Of a stretch of 64,000 bases of DNA, positions 26,922-40,194 are shown in pieces. Under the pieces are notes generated by a model that made no database searches, was not told the origin of the DNA, and saw nothing but the letters and a program-made list of their open reading frames with translations. Source of the stretch: the human T2T-CHM13v2.0 reference genome, Homo sapiens; NCBI RefSeq assembly GCF_009914755.1, contig NC_060947.1, one strand, 5' to 3'. The number at the start of each line of letters is the position of its first letter. Position 1 is the first letter of the stretch. The position numbers and the translations under genes are program-made.

Positions 26922-28319
26922 CTGTCACCAAAGTAAGGTAGAGTTATGATTTGGGACATAAGTGACCATCACTCTTTAAATGCCTATCATTGTGTAGATT
27001 TTAGAAAATTTCATCAAATCTCTTATAAGAACACATGCTTAATGTGCACTAAGAAACCTGATTATCAAAGCAGTCCCTCTACCAAGAAAACCCCCTGCAC
27101 TCCCTAGCTCACCTTCTACCCACCCAGGTATTTTCATTTTTATCTGTGGGTGTCTAGATCAGGTTTGCTCAGGACTAATTCACAGCAAGGTGAGAAGCAA
27201 ACTAATACAGGTACCTGTGATTTGGACAGCACTGCTCTCAGGGTCAGGGTCAAGATCAAGGGCCTTACTTTGTTCTCTGGCCTGTCTTGTTTGCTTAGGT
27301 CAGGGCAGTCTTGCTTATTTTCTGGCTGTTGAGCATCTTGTGCTGTTCCTTCGACATTTTCACTCTTCACAGTTACTAACTTGTCTTCTTTTGATAGGTT
27401 CTTTTTTTTGTTAAGGTAAGACCTACATGATAAAAATGCAAATAAAACAGAAGTATATTCAGTGGAATGTAAGGCCCGCCTGTCCTAACTAATCCTGTGT
27501 TCCTTAGTTCCCTCCTCCAGAGGCAGCTGCTATGATTACCTTCTTTCAGATCCTTCCATAGTGAGTCTGTGCAAACATAAGCACTATATAGATATCTGTG
27601 TGGTCTTAAAGCCTCCCATCTGGCTCTGCCCACCAGTTTGTGTGATCTTTTGCTCATCTTCAGCTCCTACAATAGCTCATTTATTTGGAGCCAACCCTCT
27701 CTGCTAACCTGTCTTGGCTTCACTATTTTCTACTGCTCACCTGCTCTCATACTGCCACTCTGACTTGGTAAGACCTTAATCTGGGACAGGGAGAAGTAGA
27801 AATCATCATTTAGGAAGAGTAAAGCATTTCTAGTTTCTATTTCCATTCCATATTTTCTAGCCCTGTGAAATTAAATTATGCCTGTTCATCTGCTACTGAC
27901 TCACTATATTCCACAAGCAAGCAATTTGCATTTTTCTTCACAGCAGCATCTTTTTCCTCAGGATGCTGTGGCAACTAATGTTTTAAGATTCTAAGAAAAA
28001 GTCATAATAATAAAACCTTTCCATCCTAGGCATCTAAAAATTGAATTGTGACCAAAGCATAAAGAAATATTATTAAAGAAGCTCAACAGTTTACAAACCC
28101 AGCAATGCCATGTTGAAGATTAAACCTCGTAGGTTGGGAATTCATTTAGGGCACATTTGCATTCTGTGTTTTTAGATGTGGCTACATGCACAAGTCACCT
28201 AACACATCACCACAGAATACAATGTGTCAAAGTATTTAGAATATGAGAGCATCACACAGATAAGGGAGCAGTTTTTATCTGGGAAGGTGAGAAAAGGGAG
28301 TGAGGGAGTAAATTGGCCC

Positions 28320-28700
28320 ATAGAATTTTAGAGTTTGAAGGGGCCTCAAAGATGAGCCAGTAGTGTAGGCTAAGTACCTTTGGCTGCATCACTACCAAGT
28401 GGTTGTCTAGCCTATGGTTTGAGTACCTCCACTGACAGAGTGCTCGTTATATCTCAAGGCAGCTTATTTCATCAGGCTGCCCTATTAGAAAGCTTTTCTT
28501 TAGGCCATACCAAAATCTATTTTCTACTGCTTGTTCCTAGATTAAACTTCTTCGGGCTACACAGCCACACCAAATTCTTTGCAAGTATGAAAGCTCTTTA
28601 TACATGTAAAAGCAGTTTTCAAGTACTCCTGTCTAGAGTAAGCATTTAAAATTCCTTCAGTGGACATCAAATGACATTGTTTCCCACCCATCCATCATCT
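28320..28700 (-). mobile_element. L3/CR1 3' fragment
   Basis: CATAGAATTTTAGAGTTTGAAGGGGCCTC...GAGTACCTCCACTGACAGAGTGCTC...CAAGGCAGC. Confidence 0.65.
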
Positions 28701-28989
28701 GTGTGGGCACAAAACCTTCACCTATGGAGTAAAATGTGTCAGTTGCTTCTCTTGTGTCTTGTTTTTGGCCTAAGTAAGTTCAATGAGATAACCACGAATT
28801 AAAAGAATCTTGGAAAGGAATCAAATATGGAAGTATTTGAGAATGAGATAATAAAGGCAAGTCTGGTCATACAATTTCAGAAGCTTATGCCTTTAATCAG
28901 TTAGGCTAATAGTGAGGCCATGAGCATAGACATCAGAAAACTAGGGATAACCCTCACCATGATCTGCAGAATGAAGATGTTAGGAAACC

Positions 28990-29165
28990 ATAGACTCTGT
29001 GATAGGAAAGTCCTTTAGCAATCAGCTAATGAAACTCCATCATTTTATAGATAGGGAGACTGAGATTTGAAGAGGCCAAGAGACATGCACAATGTCTTAC
29101 AGCTACATTGGCAGAGCAAACACTAATTAATCCATGTCTTTTGATTTCCAATTCAGTGCTTTTCT
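28990..29165 (-). mobile_element. MIR
   Basis: TCATTTTATAGATAGGGAGACTGAG. Confidence 0.75.
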
Positions 29166-32100
29166 GTATGTGTTTTCTTAACTTGAGACACAAGCAACAG
29201 CCAGATAGTAAAGGATATCCTTTTATCACCTTCTCTCCAGTCACTGTTAACCAATTGTATTTCACTCCAAAATATATTTCAAAAGTTACAGAGTTACGTA
29301 AGAATGCTCTTAAGATTCTTGGACCGATCTCCAAAGCATCCCTGCCTTATTCACCAAAAACTTAGCAGTTTGTGTCTTTTTGAGTTTTGAATTAATGTGA
29401 GCATCAGTGAGGATAAGTCCCCATTACTGTGAGGAATTTGTACAATGAGCGTCTAATAACATGGATACCACAAGGGAGTATTGATAAGACATTTGGGAAT
29501 AAGAAAGGAAATATTGGCCAATAATGCATATTATTGCGTGATAAAACCCTGATGTCATATAATCATGTTATGGCAACATCATTCTAAACAGAAACTCAAA
29601 ATCGCTGAATTCCTCCGGACGTGTGTGCAATGTACATGGGTCTTCACGTGTACATTGGAAATGCACATTAAAGTGGAAATGGGGAGCTGTTGCTGGGATT
29701 CCAGGATATTGGAGACAGACAAGGTATTCACCCTGCAGGCACTTCGTGGATATTTTTAATTTGAAAAACAAGGACAATCCCAATGTCTAGATTTCCCATT
29801 TGTGTAGCCCCCCAAAAGATTTCAGTAGCAGACCTCCTATGAGTCTAGGTCCTTCTCAAGCCGAGGGTTCTCAGGTAGAAATTATACTGATTGAGATGAG
29901 CCGTTGGCCTTATTTGAGAATGACCCAAGTCTGGTTTTGTCAGACTTGGGTCATTCTATTTAAATTCAGGTATAGACCCTATTTTCTAGACCCCATTTTC
30001 TAGAGAATCTGTGCCAACAAAACTTTGAAAATTTGAAGACAAAATTAACATTTGAGAGAAAGGATTATAGAAAACCTGCTAAATGCCTTCTTAAAAATGG
30101 GCCCAGTCCTACTTTCCAATCCTATAAGATAGCATGCCATCACTTATCTATGCCATAATTTATACTGTATTGATTTTATTGTCACAACTTTGGAAATACT
30201 CTGTCATGTGTATTTATGATGGCCCATAAATCTTTGGAATAACATTTAGAGACCAAGTCACTATTTGGAGTCAAGGAAATAGAGGGCTGTGTAGACAGAT
30301 TAGAGCCCATTAATGGACCCAGTGTGTAGACCTAAGAAACCTGCCTAAGATAACTTCTCTTGAAAATTGAGTAAAAGAAGCCCTTAAATAATAGTAGCTC
30401 AAAATGGAAAGCTGTGAGCTGTGTAGCCCAAAGTGATGACTCTATTTGAAAGCCCTTATTTTTTCCTGTCCAGGAATCCTCAAATGGTATGTTTGTAAAA
30501 GGAATTGACAAAAGCATGCAGCTATACGAGGCAGCAAGATTCTCTGGATGAGCAGATCACAGCTTTCACATATTAGCATGTCCTGAACATGTAACTCCCA
30601 GTTATAGATCTGGAATTACTTGCATCATCAATTCAATACTTTGGGACTTAGGGCTCCAGTTGTATTGGTGCCAGATGGAGAATTAATATGTTGTCTAACT
30701 CAGACTAGTTAAGGGGTTTTGCTCCTTGGAGGGAGTGGGAGAGAATGTGACTGTTTTGCTCTCATTTTCCTCATCCTGCATTAGAAACAAAGCAAAAAGT
30801 TGGCTGGAATCAGTATTAGCATTGCCCACAGCTGCTGAACTCTGATTTAACCAGATGCCATAGCTATAGCAACGGGGAAATATTGGAATTTTGAAATTAA
30901 CATGCTACTGAAAGTTGCTAAATATATCACGCTTTGTGGAGGGGTTCATATTGTAGGTATTTCCATTATTTCTCAAATGACAAAGTAAGTCAGGCTTTAG
31001 ACAGAAAGTTAATTTATTATATATGGTGGTTGCTGAAGTCTCCCCTACTTGATCTATATCTATAAATGTGTTTTTTGAAGCCAAATGAGATAAATCAGTT
31101 TGATTGTCCAAGGCATAGATGGAAATTGGGGCTGTCATAAAGCCATCTTCAGATGCGTGTGGGTGTCAGAATATTCATCTTTGGGGTTTAGTGGAAAGAA
31201 CCTCAGGCTAGGAGTCAGGAAACCTAAGTCTCAGCCTCTATGATTAAATTATTAGGTGATCTTGGGCAGATCTCAGGTTCCCCATTTTTTAAATGCCAGG
31301 TGTTGAACTCTTCTGCCTTCCAATTCTAGGATTCTGGAATAGTTAGGGTTCTATTTCCCCCGGCTGTGGCTCTAGGGGGTACTTACTGACATCCTGTGAA
31401 ATAAGAAAGAGAGACCCACATCCCAGGATCCCTGGATCAGAGTGGTGGGTGACATGTAAAGAGAACTGTGATTTCCCCCTACAGGCTTTTCCCTGGATAA
31501 GAAAGTGTTTTCTCCACTCAACAAACCCTATAATGGGCCTGTTGGCTTCATGCTCCTTCAGTCCTCCTTTCCCCACAACTGGGCCTATGTGACTCTCAGA
31601 ATGAGGCCCTGCACCTTACTCCACTCTACCTAGCAAGGCTCTGAGGCCCTACCTTGTAGTCAAGAGAGATCTGAAGGATCCACAGTCTTAAAAGCAGGTC
31701 ATGGATGCAGTATGGCTGCAAGTTGATCTTGGACTTTTCCCCTCAGTCCTAATAAATAGATTGTTGCCACCTTCCTGGGACTGGCACACCTTGCCTTCTC
31801 TTCCATATCCAGGAGCTCATTATCTGTCTACTACCTACTTTCTTTAATTATTAGAGAGCCTGGTCCCTACCTTGGCTTTGTACTTGGTGTCTTTTTCCAC
31901 TGAGGACTGAAATTCTGTTGTCCTTTTCAGTCTTCCTGGGGTCTGTGCTTGTCCACTGCCAGAATTCTCTGGGATCACTCATCTGCCTATCCATGGAGAT
32001 ATTTGTCTAAGGCTTCTGTCCAAGACTCCACAATGTCTCATAGCCTACTAGCCAGCATAGCCTTTTGTTGCTTACTGTTGATCCTCAGTGAGGCTGCTGG

Positions 32101-33881
32101 CCTGCCTTGCCTGGACCTCTGCCTGCTGCTTATTACCAGACCCTCTTAAGGTGTGCTTCATCTGCTCTGTGGGGACATTGCCCTCTAACTCATGTCTGGG
32201 CCTACACAACACAGATTATTAGTCTCTACTTCTCATCTCTTATTGGAGACCCTAACCTCAAAGCCATAATGGGCCTGCCTAGTCTCTATGTTTTAGATTT
32301 CCCCAGGCTGGTCTATTCTAGTCCCAGCCAAGTTTCAGTTATAACTTGTGAAGACTATATGGGCAGTCCTTGGGCCAGGTTGCCCTGCCTGGGCCAGGTT
32401 TGTGGGCCCATCCCTTGAGATGAAAGCTACTGTGTCTAGTTTCTCAGTCACTATGCACCAGTTAATGAACAACCTTGTAAAACTTTGCTTTTGATGACCT
32501 TGTAGGCTAATTTCAAGTTAATATTCTGAGATGGATGATGAAGGAGAATTTTTGTGTCTTTGTAGCCTACAGTAGGTAGAGGGATGCTGTTGGGAATTTT
32601 TGAGCCACCCTGAGAAAATTAGGTGAAGGTGAGAAATGCCTGTGTGATCATTTTGGAAGCTAAGTTGCATATGAATCTAAGGTGGCATTGTTAGTAGTAG
32701 TAGTACTTAGTCTAGTAGTATTCAGCTCCTTGCCAAGGTGCTTCTGGCTTAATGAAATGACCCAGAGCTTCAGCTCCATAGCAGGGTCACGTGTATTGGC
32801 TAGCTACATGTCCTTGTGTTGAGGACTTACACTTTTTGAACCTCAATTTTCTTACATGTCAAGTGAGGTTTTGTGGATGATATCTTTATAAGCTTTCAGG
32901 CAATGTCAAGGAATACCGGTTAGTGGGTAGTGTATGTGAAAGTGTTTTAAGAACTGTAATGCATCATACAGGTTATCTAGTCTTCCTTCCCAGATGGATG
33001 GAGTTTACAGACATGGGACTTCTTTCCCAGCATTGGTGGACAGAGAAGATTTGGATCAACATCCTGAGGTCAGAGTGAAGGCAAACAGCTTGACATGGAG
33101 CTAGATGAGACCAGCGAGACAGTACACAAAGCCAAGTACTTCGGGGCCAGCAGAGCTAATGCATGAGGAAGTTTGAAGGAGAGGAATTTCCTGAGTGGAG
33201 AGGAATTTCCTGACCTAGAGTACAGGGGCTACTGGCTTCTTTTTGTTTGGTGCCTGCTGTTGCTTGTCTGGTAGCTTAGACTCAAGTTATTCTGGAAGCA
33301 GTTAAAGGGTAGAAGAAGAGCAGACCTAATGTGTGGGACTATTCTTATAAGGTATGACAGGATTTAGGGACCAGGCAAAGGGTGCAAAGCCAGTATCAGC
33401 TAGTCCAAGGTAAACCCAGTTCAAAGGAGAAGAGTAAATGACCTAAGTGAGCAGCAAAGGCAGACCATATTTGGACACTAATAATGGTGAATTTTATGTG
33501 TCAACTTGACTAGCTTATGGTGCCCAGTTGTTTGGTCAAATACTAGTCTAGATATTGCTGTTTAGGGATTTTTTTAGATGAGATTAACATTTAAATCAGC
33601 AAACTTTGAGTAAAGCATTACCCTCCATAATGTGGGTGGGCCTCATCCAATTCATTGAAAGCTTTGAGATTAAAAAAAAAAATGTGGTTTCCCAAAGAAG
33701 AAAACATTTGGCCTCAAAACCGTAACATGGAAACCCTGCCTGAGTTTCTAGGCTGCTTGACCAGCCATGCAAATTTTGGATTCCAGACTGTAACATCACT
33801 TCTTACCCGGGTTTCTAGCCTGTCTGCATGTGCAGACTTACCATCTCCCACAATCATCTGAACTAGTTCCTTAAAATCTCT

Positions 33882-34271
33882 AACACCTGAAAGGAACAGG
33901 ACTCCACAAAGACCAACCTCTCTGACAGTCCTGCTGAAATAGTAAAACGATCAAGCATAGAGTTTTTGTGCTAAACATTCCAGGGGTGCTTATTTATTGA
34001 GGAACAGTGTTTCTAATCTTCAAGAAATTTTATTCCCTGAGAAATTTCCCCATTTATTTTAATTTGCTTGTGCAGTCTTTTAAGTGGGTTATATTACTTT
34101 GTACATGGATCGCTTTGCTGTGCTTTTATATGAAAATCATTATTAGTAGTCAACATAAGATACAAAGTGTACTGCTTCTATAAAGCTTATCTTACAGCAT
34201 ATATATAGCCTGCTGAAAATATATTGCTCATTTGTTATTAAAAATCCTACCCAAGTAAAAAAAAAAAAAAA
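33882..34271 (+). pseudogene. Orphan retrocopy (5'-truncated mRNA 3'UTR or orphan L1 transduction)
   Basis: 375 bp of non-repeat-looking sequence, ATTAAA at 34237-34242, A15 at 34257-34271, TSD AAAATCTCT at a TT/AAAA site; cleanly splits the MLT2. Confidence 0.85.
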
Positions 34272-34345
34272 TCTCTCTCTCTCCCTCTCTCTCTCTCTCC
34301 ATACGCAGACACACACACACACCCCCACGCACGCACGCGTGCATG

Positions 34346-34773
34346 CACTATGGTTGGAATGTTGTTTGTCCCCTTCAAAATTCATGTTGAAATTTGATTG
34401 CCATTGTGACAATATTTAGGAAGTGGGGCCTTTGAGAGGTGATTGGATCGACAGGGCTCTGCCCTCATGAGTGGATTAATGCTGTTGAGTAGGAGTGAGT
34501 ATGTTATAAAAGGGCAAGTTTGGCCCCCTTTTGCTCTCTCCCTCTCAGCTCTTTTGCTCTTCTGCCATGTGAGGAATAGTGTTTCTCCCTCTGGAGGATG
34601 TAGCATTCAAGAAGCCGTCTTGGAAGTGGAGACAGCTTTGACTCGATGCCAAATCAGCTGGTACCATGATCATGGACTTCCAGCTTCCAGAACTGTGGAA
34701 AACATATTTCTGTTGTTTATAAATTACCCAGTCTGTGGTATTCTGTCAGAACAGCACAAAATGAACTAAGACA
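34346..34773 (+). mobile_element. MSTB-like solo LTR
   Basis: CTATGGTTGGAATG...AAATTCATGTTGAAAT...AAATGAACTAAGACA. Confidence 0.9.
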
Positions 34774-36121
34774 ATGTGTTTGTGTGTGTTTATGTGTGTG
34801 CATGCACATGTATGAGCGTGTGCATGTGTGTGAGTGTGTGTGTGTATCTCCTATTTGTTCTCTCTGGATAACCATGACTGAAACAGATATCATGAAGATA
34901 GCAATGCGGCTTTGAGCAGAGACAGTTGCAGGATTATGGAGAGCCTTGAGTGAGCTGTCATTATGAGTTCTTTTACCCCAATAGTCATAAAATATTGAGT
35001 AATATTTGAGTAATAATAATTAATTATTACTATGTCTACTAAGTGAGCATATATTGTGCCATAGAGGTTGGTTGGCATGATTTCTATTGACTCAGATTTC
35101 TGAGATGCTAATCCAGAGCCTGAGTGGAAGTCTCTCATCTTCCTGTCAGAGAAGCTTTACTCTCCTGAAGAGAGCACCAAAAGCTGGGTATCCTCCATCA
35201 GGGAATGGGGATCAGACTAGAAAAGGCCTCCAGCTCTGTCAGGTTAATACTGGGATCAAGAAGGACTTTTTATATTAATGGAGTCAATGCCATTGAAAGT
35301 TAGCATTCATTTAGTCCACTTCTTCATTGTATACATAGGGAGAGTGAACCTGAGAGAAGAGAAGCCACCTTTATAGGCCACACAGCAAGTTGGTGGCACA
35401 GCCAGGCCTCACACTCACATCTCCTGACAATAAGTAAGGTAGAGAAGAAAGGAGAAGGAAAGAGATAAAGGTTGTTTGCTAGAAGAGAAGTCTGGATTCC
35501 GGTTGTGCTTTTTCTATGAGCCATTTGGTGAGTAATTGTCCCAAAGTTTGGAAGTGTCCCAGTTTTCACAACTGGATAGAATGGAGGGAAAATAGAAAAG
35601 TTTGAAAAGTAAAGTGAAATAACATAGACAACATATTTATAAGGGCCCCTAACTGCTAAATTACAAAATTGAAAATGATCTATATAGTTTTCATTGATGA
35701 GTAAATCTGCTTTCTGGTGGACTTCTCTAGTGGCAACAAGGCTACTGCACTCAGTCTCACCACCTTGACCAAAGGCCAAGTTTGCCCTTGTTAAAATAAA
35801 GGTACACTGTGCTTGCTGTGGGGCCAGGCTTCCTTATTTCTCTCCTATATTTGTTCAGGAATTTGGTTCTGTCCCATGAGGATACTAAATTGCATTGATC
35901 AATGAAAATGGCATCTGTGCTTGTTTGTTTTAACTTGACTTTGATAGCTTCATCCATTAAACTTTCAATGAAGTTGTAATTTCTTTAAAAAAAAAAACCC
36001 TAAATTTAAAAACATGCTGGCAGTTCATAATTACCTTGGTATATATCAAGATGAATCAGTGAAGGTGACTCTCTTTCCTTTGCATTTAGTATTGTTGCTT
36101 TGTGCCTGTATTTTCTATTTA

Positions 36122-36216
36122 GGATTTATTAGTGTAAATCCCCCTTATACATCATTGAAAGCATTAGGATTTATGTAGTGTTAAATCCATATCAGGATTT
36201 ATATGGAATTAAATCC
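36122..36216. repeat. Three dispersed GGATTTA-N6-8-TAAATCC inverted repeats
   Basis: Units at 36122-36141, 36167-36188 and 36195-36216. Confidence 0.9.
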
Positions 36217-37176
36217 AATCTAAGAGACAGGTGGATAACCTAGTGGGGTTTTGTACCCATAATTTCTACCGCTCTTTGTGGAAAAGCATTTCATTACAAA
36301 CTTTCAGATTTGGGAAGGCAGTGTTCTGCAAATGGCACCTATTAGTACCAATGTGGAGCGTTTTACTGCACTTTCCATGTAGTCCCTGGGCTCCTCACTG
36401 AGAAGCATCCTCATGGCAAAGCATCTTTCATGGCCACGAGGAGGACATTAACCTCTTCTCTGCTCCTTCCCTGTTTGGAGCACAGCACAGCTTTGATTAA
36501 CTCTTTAAAGAGCCTTCTGTTTACACCCTCTCACAGATCTGCAGACAGTATTTGCAAAGCACATTGCAATTTTTGACAGCAGGCACCACTGGGGTGGGGA
36601 AGATACTTGTCAGCTTTTTCCTTTGGTGACTTTCCTTCCATTTTTTTTTATCTTTTGAGGGAATGAAAACTGCTCCAAGTTGGTGCTTGCTATTCTCCTT
36701 TTTTATTTCTTTTCTCTTCTTTGTATATGCTTTTCCCCATCCCATATACCAACTGATGGGGTGATTGAGTGACTTTCATCCATTCAGTCAAGTATTTACT
36801 GAGTCCTACTTCATGCAAAGTACTGTACAATGTACTGAGTTTTTAGAGTTATTTCTTTCTGGGGTTGTTGTCCCTTTTTAAATTATAAAAATAATACATA
36901 CTTATGGTAAAAATGCACAGTACAAAAGCATATAAAATGAAAAGAAGATCCTCTTCCACATCAAGCTCCTAGTTTCACTCCTTTGTATAACATCAATAAC
37001 AATTTCTTACATATCCCTATAAAAATTTTCTATATGTATATAAGTGTGTATGTAATGTATACATTCATACATATATGTACATATAGGTAACATACACACA
37101 TTTACTTATATATGCTTTCTTAGAAAACTCAGACTGGAGCATGGTAAACACAAGTTTTGTACATCCACTTCCATGT

Positions 37177-37579
37177 TGTATCAGGCCATTTGCTTTGCTA
37201 TAAAGAAATACCTGAGGCTGGGTAATTTACAAAGAAAAGAGGTTTAATTGGCTCATGGCTCTACAGGTTGTACAGGAAGTTTGCTGCTGGCATCTGCTTC
37301 TGGTGAAGCCCTCAGAAAGCTTACAATCATGTGGAAAACGAAGGTGGAGCAGGCACATCATATGGTGAGAGAGAGAACAAGAGAGAGACGGAGAAGGTCC
37401 CAGTCTCTTAAAAAAACAGATCTCATGTGCACTCAAAGTGACAACTCACTTATCACCAAGGTGATGATGCTAAGCAGCTAAAGGGGCTGACCAGTCACCT
37501 CTCACCAGGTCCCACCTCCAACATTAGGAATCACATTTCAACATGAGATTTGGAGAGGACACACATTGAAACCATGTCA
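37177..37579 (-). mobile_element. MSTB-like solo LTR
   Basis: TGTATCAGGCC...GCTATAAAGAAATACCTGAGGCTGGG...AAACCATGTCA; 5 bp TSD CATGT. Confidence 0.92.
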
Positions 37580-38104
37580 CATGTGTATCTTTCCATGCTT
37601 TCCATGTCAGCACATGCAGTCTTGCTGACTCCCTTAAAGGCTACATGGTTGAAATGTAACTTTAGGAAAACCCTGAGGTTTTGATAAGTTTTGTATATAG
37701 GGCACTGAATTTGATTTTGAATGTGTAAATTCAGTGTTCATTTGCTGTCTTCAGGTTTCTTTTACTTTTTCTCTATATTGAGGGCACTACCCAGTTATGC
37801 ATTCTGACACTTGAAGACTTCTGGTGGCTTGCAAATGCTCCATGGAGATGAAAATTAACTTGATTGGTTTTCCTTCCTGAGCACCATGTGTCCACTCTGG
37901 CCTTGGGCGACTCTCAAAGTGGGTTTCAAACCAGGCTTCAGAGTTTGTCCCAATACTTTCTAATAGTTTATTTTATCCTTTTCATAAGTTTTCTCCTACC
38001 GCTTCAGTCCATATTTTCTGGTCTGGCCTTATCAACTATAAAGTTCTTGTTTATTTGGAACTTGAGGTCAGTGACTTCTGACCTCACTAGCTTTCATTCT
38101 AGCT

Positions 38105-38290
38105 CACTCTTATTTAGGCATTTACTATATGCATAATTTCCTTTAATCCTCATGACAAACCCATGAGGGAGGTGCAGTAATTATCTCCAAAGTGACAGAT
38201 GAGGCACAGGAAGGCTAAGGACATTGTCTACGGTCACACAGCTGGTAGATGGAAGAACTAGAATTTGAACCCAGGTTTATCTGACCCTAA
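38105..38290 (-). mobile_element. MIR
   Basis: TTTAATCCTCATGACAAACCCATGAGG...ACAGATGAGG...GAATTTGAACCCAGG. Confidence 0.85.
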
Positions 38291-39229
38291 AAAATATGCT
38301 TTTAATCAATATATATACTGCCTCCCTTAAATCAGTATTTCTAGCTTTTCTATGAGCCTGCGATTCTCTAGTGGCAAGCCACAATAATAGCCACACTGTG
38401 AACATAACACTGCATGCCAGACTCCATACCAGAGGGTGGAGCTGAGTTTTCTCATGCTGGAACAGCATTTTCTTACAAGCTAAACCATGGGAGGGATCTT
38501 GGGTGGGAAGAAGCACTTCCTGCTTATAATACAAGCCAAAAAGAGATTCCCACAGTATGAAGCCCACAGTTTTTCCTGTGTAATGACATTATGAAGACCT
38601 CAGGCAGAATCTCCAGCTATTGTGCATTTTTGTTTAATACATTTATACTGTAAATTAGTTAGAGCTATGGACTTGCAACTCCTACTTTGACCCAAAACAC
38701 CAAGACACAAGAGGGAATGGTCTTTTATTTTATTTTCCTGATCAGAACTCTCTAGTTTCCTTATCAGTGTTGCTCACCCTGGGTGTTGCCTCTGAATTCA
38801 GATTTGTGTGAATGGGGTTTTCTAAGAGAAACCTTGGTAACCAAGAGACAGTTTCTGTCTCTGCCTTCTTCTGGTGGACTCCAATCCTGGCTCTCCAGCT
38901 GCCTTGCCTTCACGTTTTAGGGATTCAGAATCAGGATGCGATCATGGCCCAATCACAGAATTGAACATTTCTAAGTTCCTCAGTATCCAAAAGGAAAGGC
39001 ATTTCAGATGTTAGGTAACTGTCCTTTATTCACTGTCTGATAGAAATTTAATGGTTACAAAGGGGTTTGTTTTTAGGTTTTTAGTTTTATTATTTTTAGT
39101 TTATTTCCAGCACTGGAAAATTAGCCTGAAAATCTGGAAAGGGAAAGGCCAAACCGATCACAGTTGGCCCTGGAATCGTGGGGGCATTCCCAATAATAAA
39201 TGTCTAGATGGTGTGTTTATTCCAGTTCC

Positions 39230-39730
39230 AATCCAATCCAATTCAATGAATATTTGTTGAATGCCTGCTGTGAAGAAGATAAAGAATGAATAAGACATGG
39301 CTCTCACTCTCCAGGAGTTCACACTGTAATGAGAAATTGACATGTGCACTGTTAATTCTCATACAAAGAAGGCAATAATAAAGGTCTATACAGAAGTTTA
39401 AACAAGGTGTTAAGGGGATATTGGAGGAGTAAAAAATTATGTCGAATTAGAGTATCTGGAAGGAATGCTGTTTGAAAGAAGGTGGTTTTGAGCTTTGTCT
39501 TAAAGGGGTGATGAGATTATTATAGGAAGACATTGAGGTGAAAGGTAGTTTAGTTTGAAGAACCACACACTCTGCAGGTGTGCAGTCCCAGGGAACGCAT
39601 GGCAATTAGTCTGGTAAGGTGGAGAGCAGCATGGCATACAGCTGGAGCGGTAAGTCCGACCCAGTTTATGAGGAGCCTTGAATACTAGACTAAGAGTTTG
39701 GACTTGCTCTGTAGGTTAAGGGGACTCTTG
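39230..39730 (-). mobile_element. L2
   Basis: ATTCAATGAATATTTGTTGAATGCC...CTCTCCAGGAGTTCACA...AAGAGTTTGGACTT. Confidence 0.75.
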
Positions 39731-40194
39731 AATACCTACCCCTCAAAATCACAAAGGAGTCTGTTTCCTGTCATCATAGCACTTGGTTCTTCTCGGTAGC
39801 CCCTTTTACAGACAAATTCCTTCTAGTTACATTTGTACTCATTTGGTGAAGATTCTCTATGGGAAATACTTGACTTTAAAAAACTTGACACATAGTTTGA
39901 TGTAAACGACTCTGATATATCAATAATGTATTTTATTCATTTATCTCCCAATTGTGTATGTAACTACATATACTTTGTATAATCATTGACTATGATTACA
40001 GTCTGTGTTGATATAACCTAAGAGTGGTTATGCATGATCTGGGTGGTATTGCATCTGGAATTTATCCTACTCTGTAACATGTTCCATTGAGCTTACACCA
40101 AACCAGTCTAGCTATGCCATCAGATTTCTCTTTACCAGCTCTATTTATGGTCTTTCTCTGACATTACTATAAGAATGTCAGGTTAAATTATATC

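Larger units (their letters stand above)
33479..34885 (+). mobile_element. MLT2 (ERVL) LTR interrupted by a retrocopy and an MST LTR
   Basis: ATGGTGAATTTTATGTGTCAACTTGAC...TTCCTTAAAATCTCT; resumes as the (CT)n(CA)n tract and ends CCTATTTGTTCTCTCTGGATAACCATGACTGAAACA. Confidence 0.88.

Noticed and set aside
29628-29658. Short hairpin CAATGTACA...TGTACATTG and RFX-like motifs (29567, 30864, 58507)
   Set aside because: A 9-11 bp stem and degenerate motifs are within chance expectation without functional data
34280-34845. (CA)n and (TG)n tracts forming an inverted pair around the MST LTR
   Set aside because: Explained by the native MLT2 microsatellite being split by the MST insertion
35956-35997. 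ATTAAA upstream of an A11 run (also the T13 run at ~40443)
   Set aside because: No flanking TSD found, so no support for a retro-insertion
36122-36216. CRISPR-like interpretation of the triple palindrome
   Set aside because: Eukaryotic context, repeats too short, irregular spacers and no cas genes
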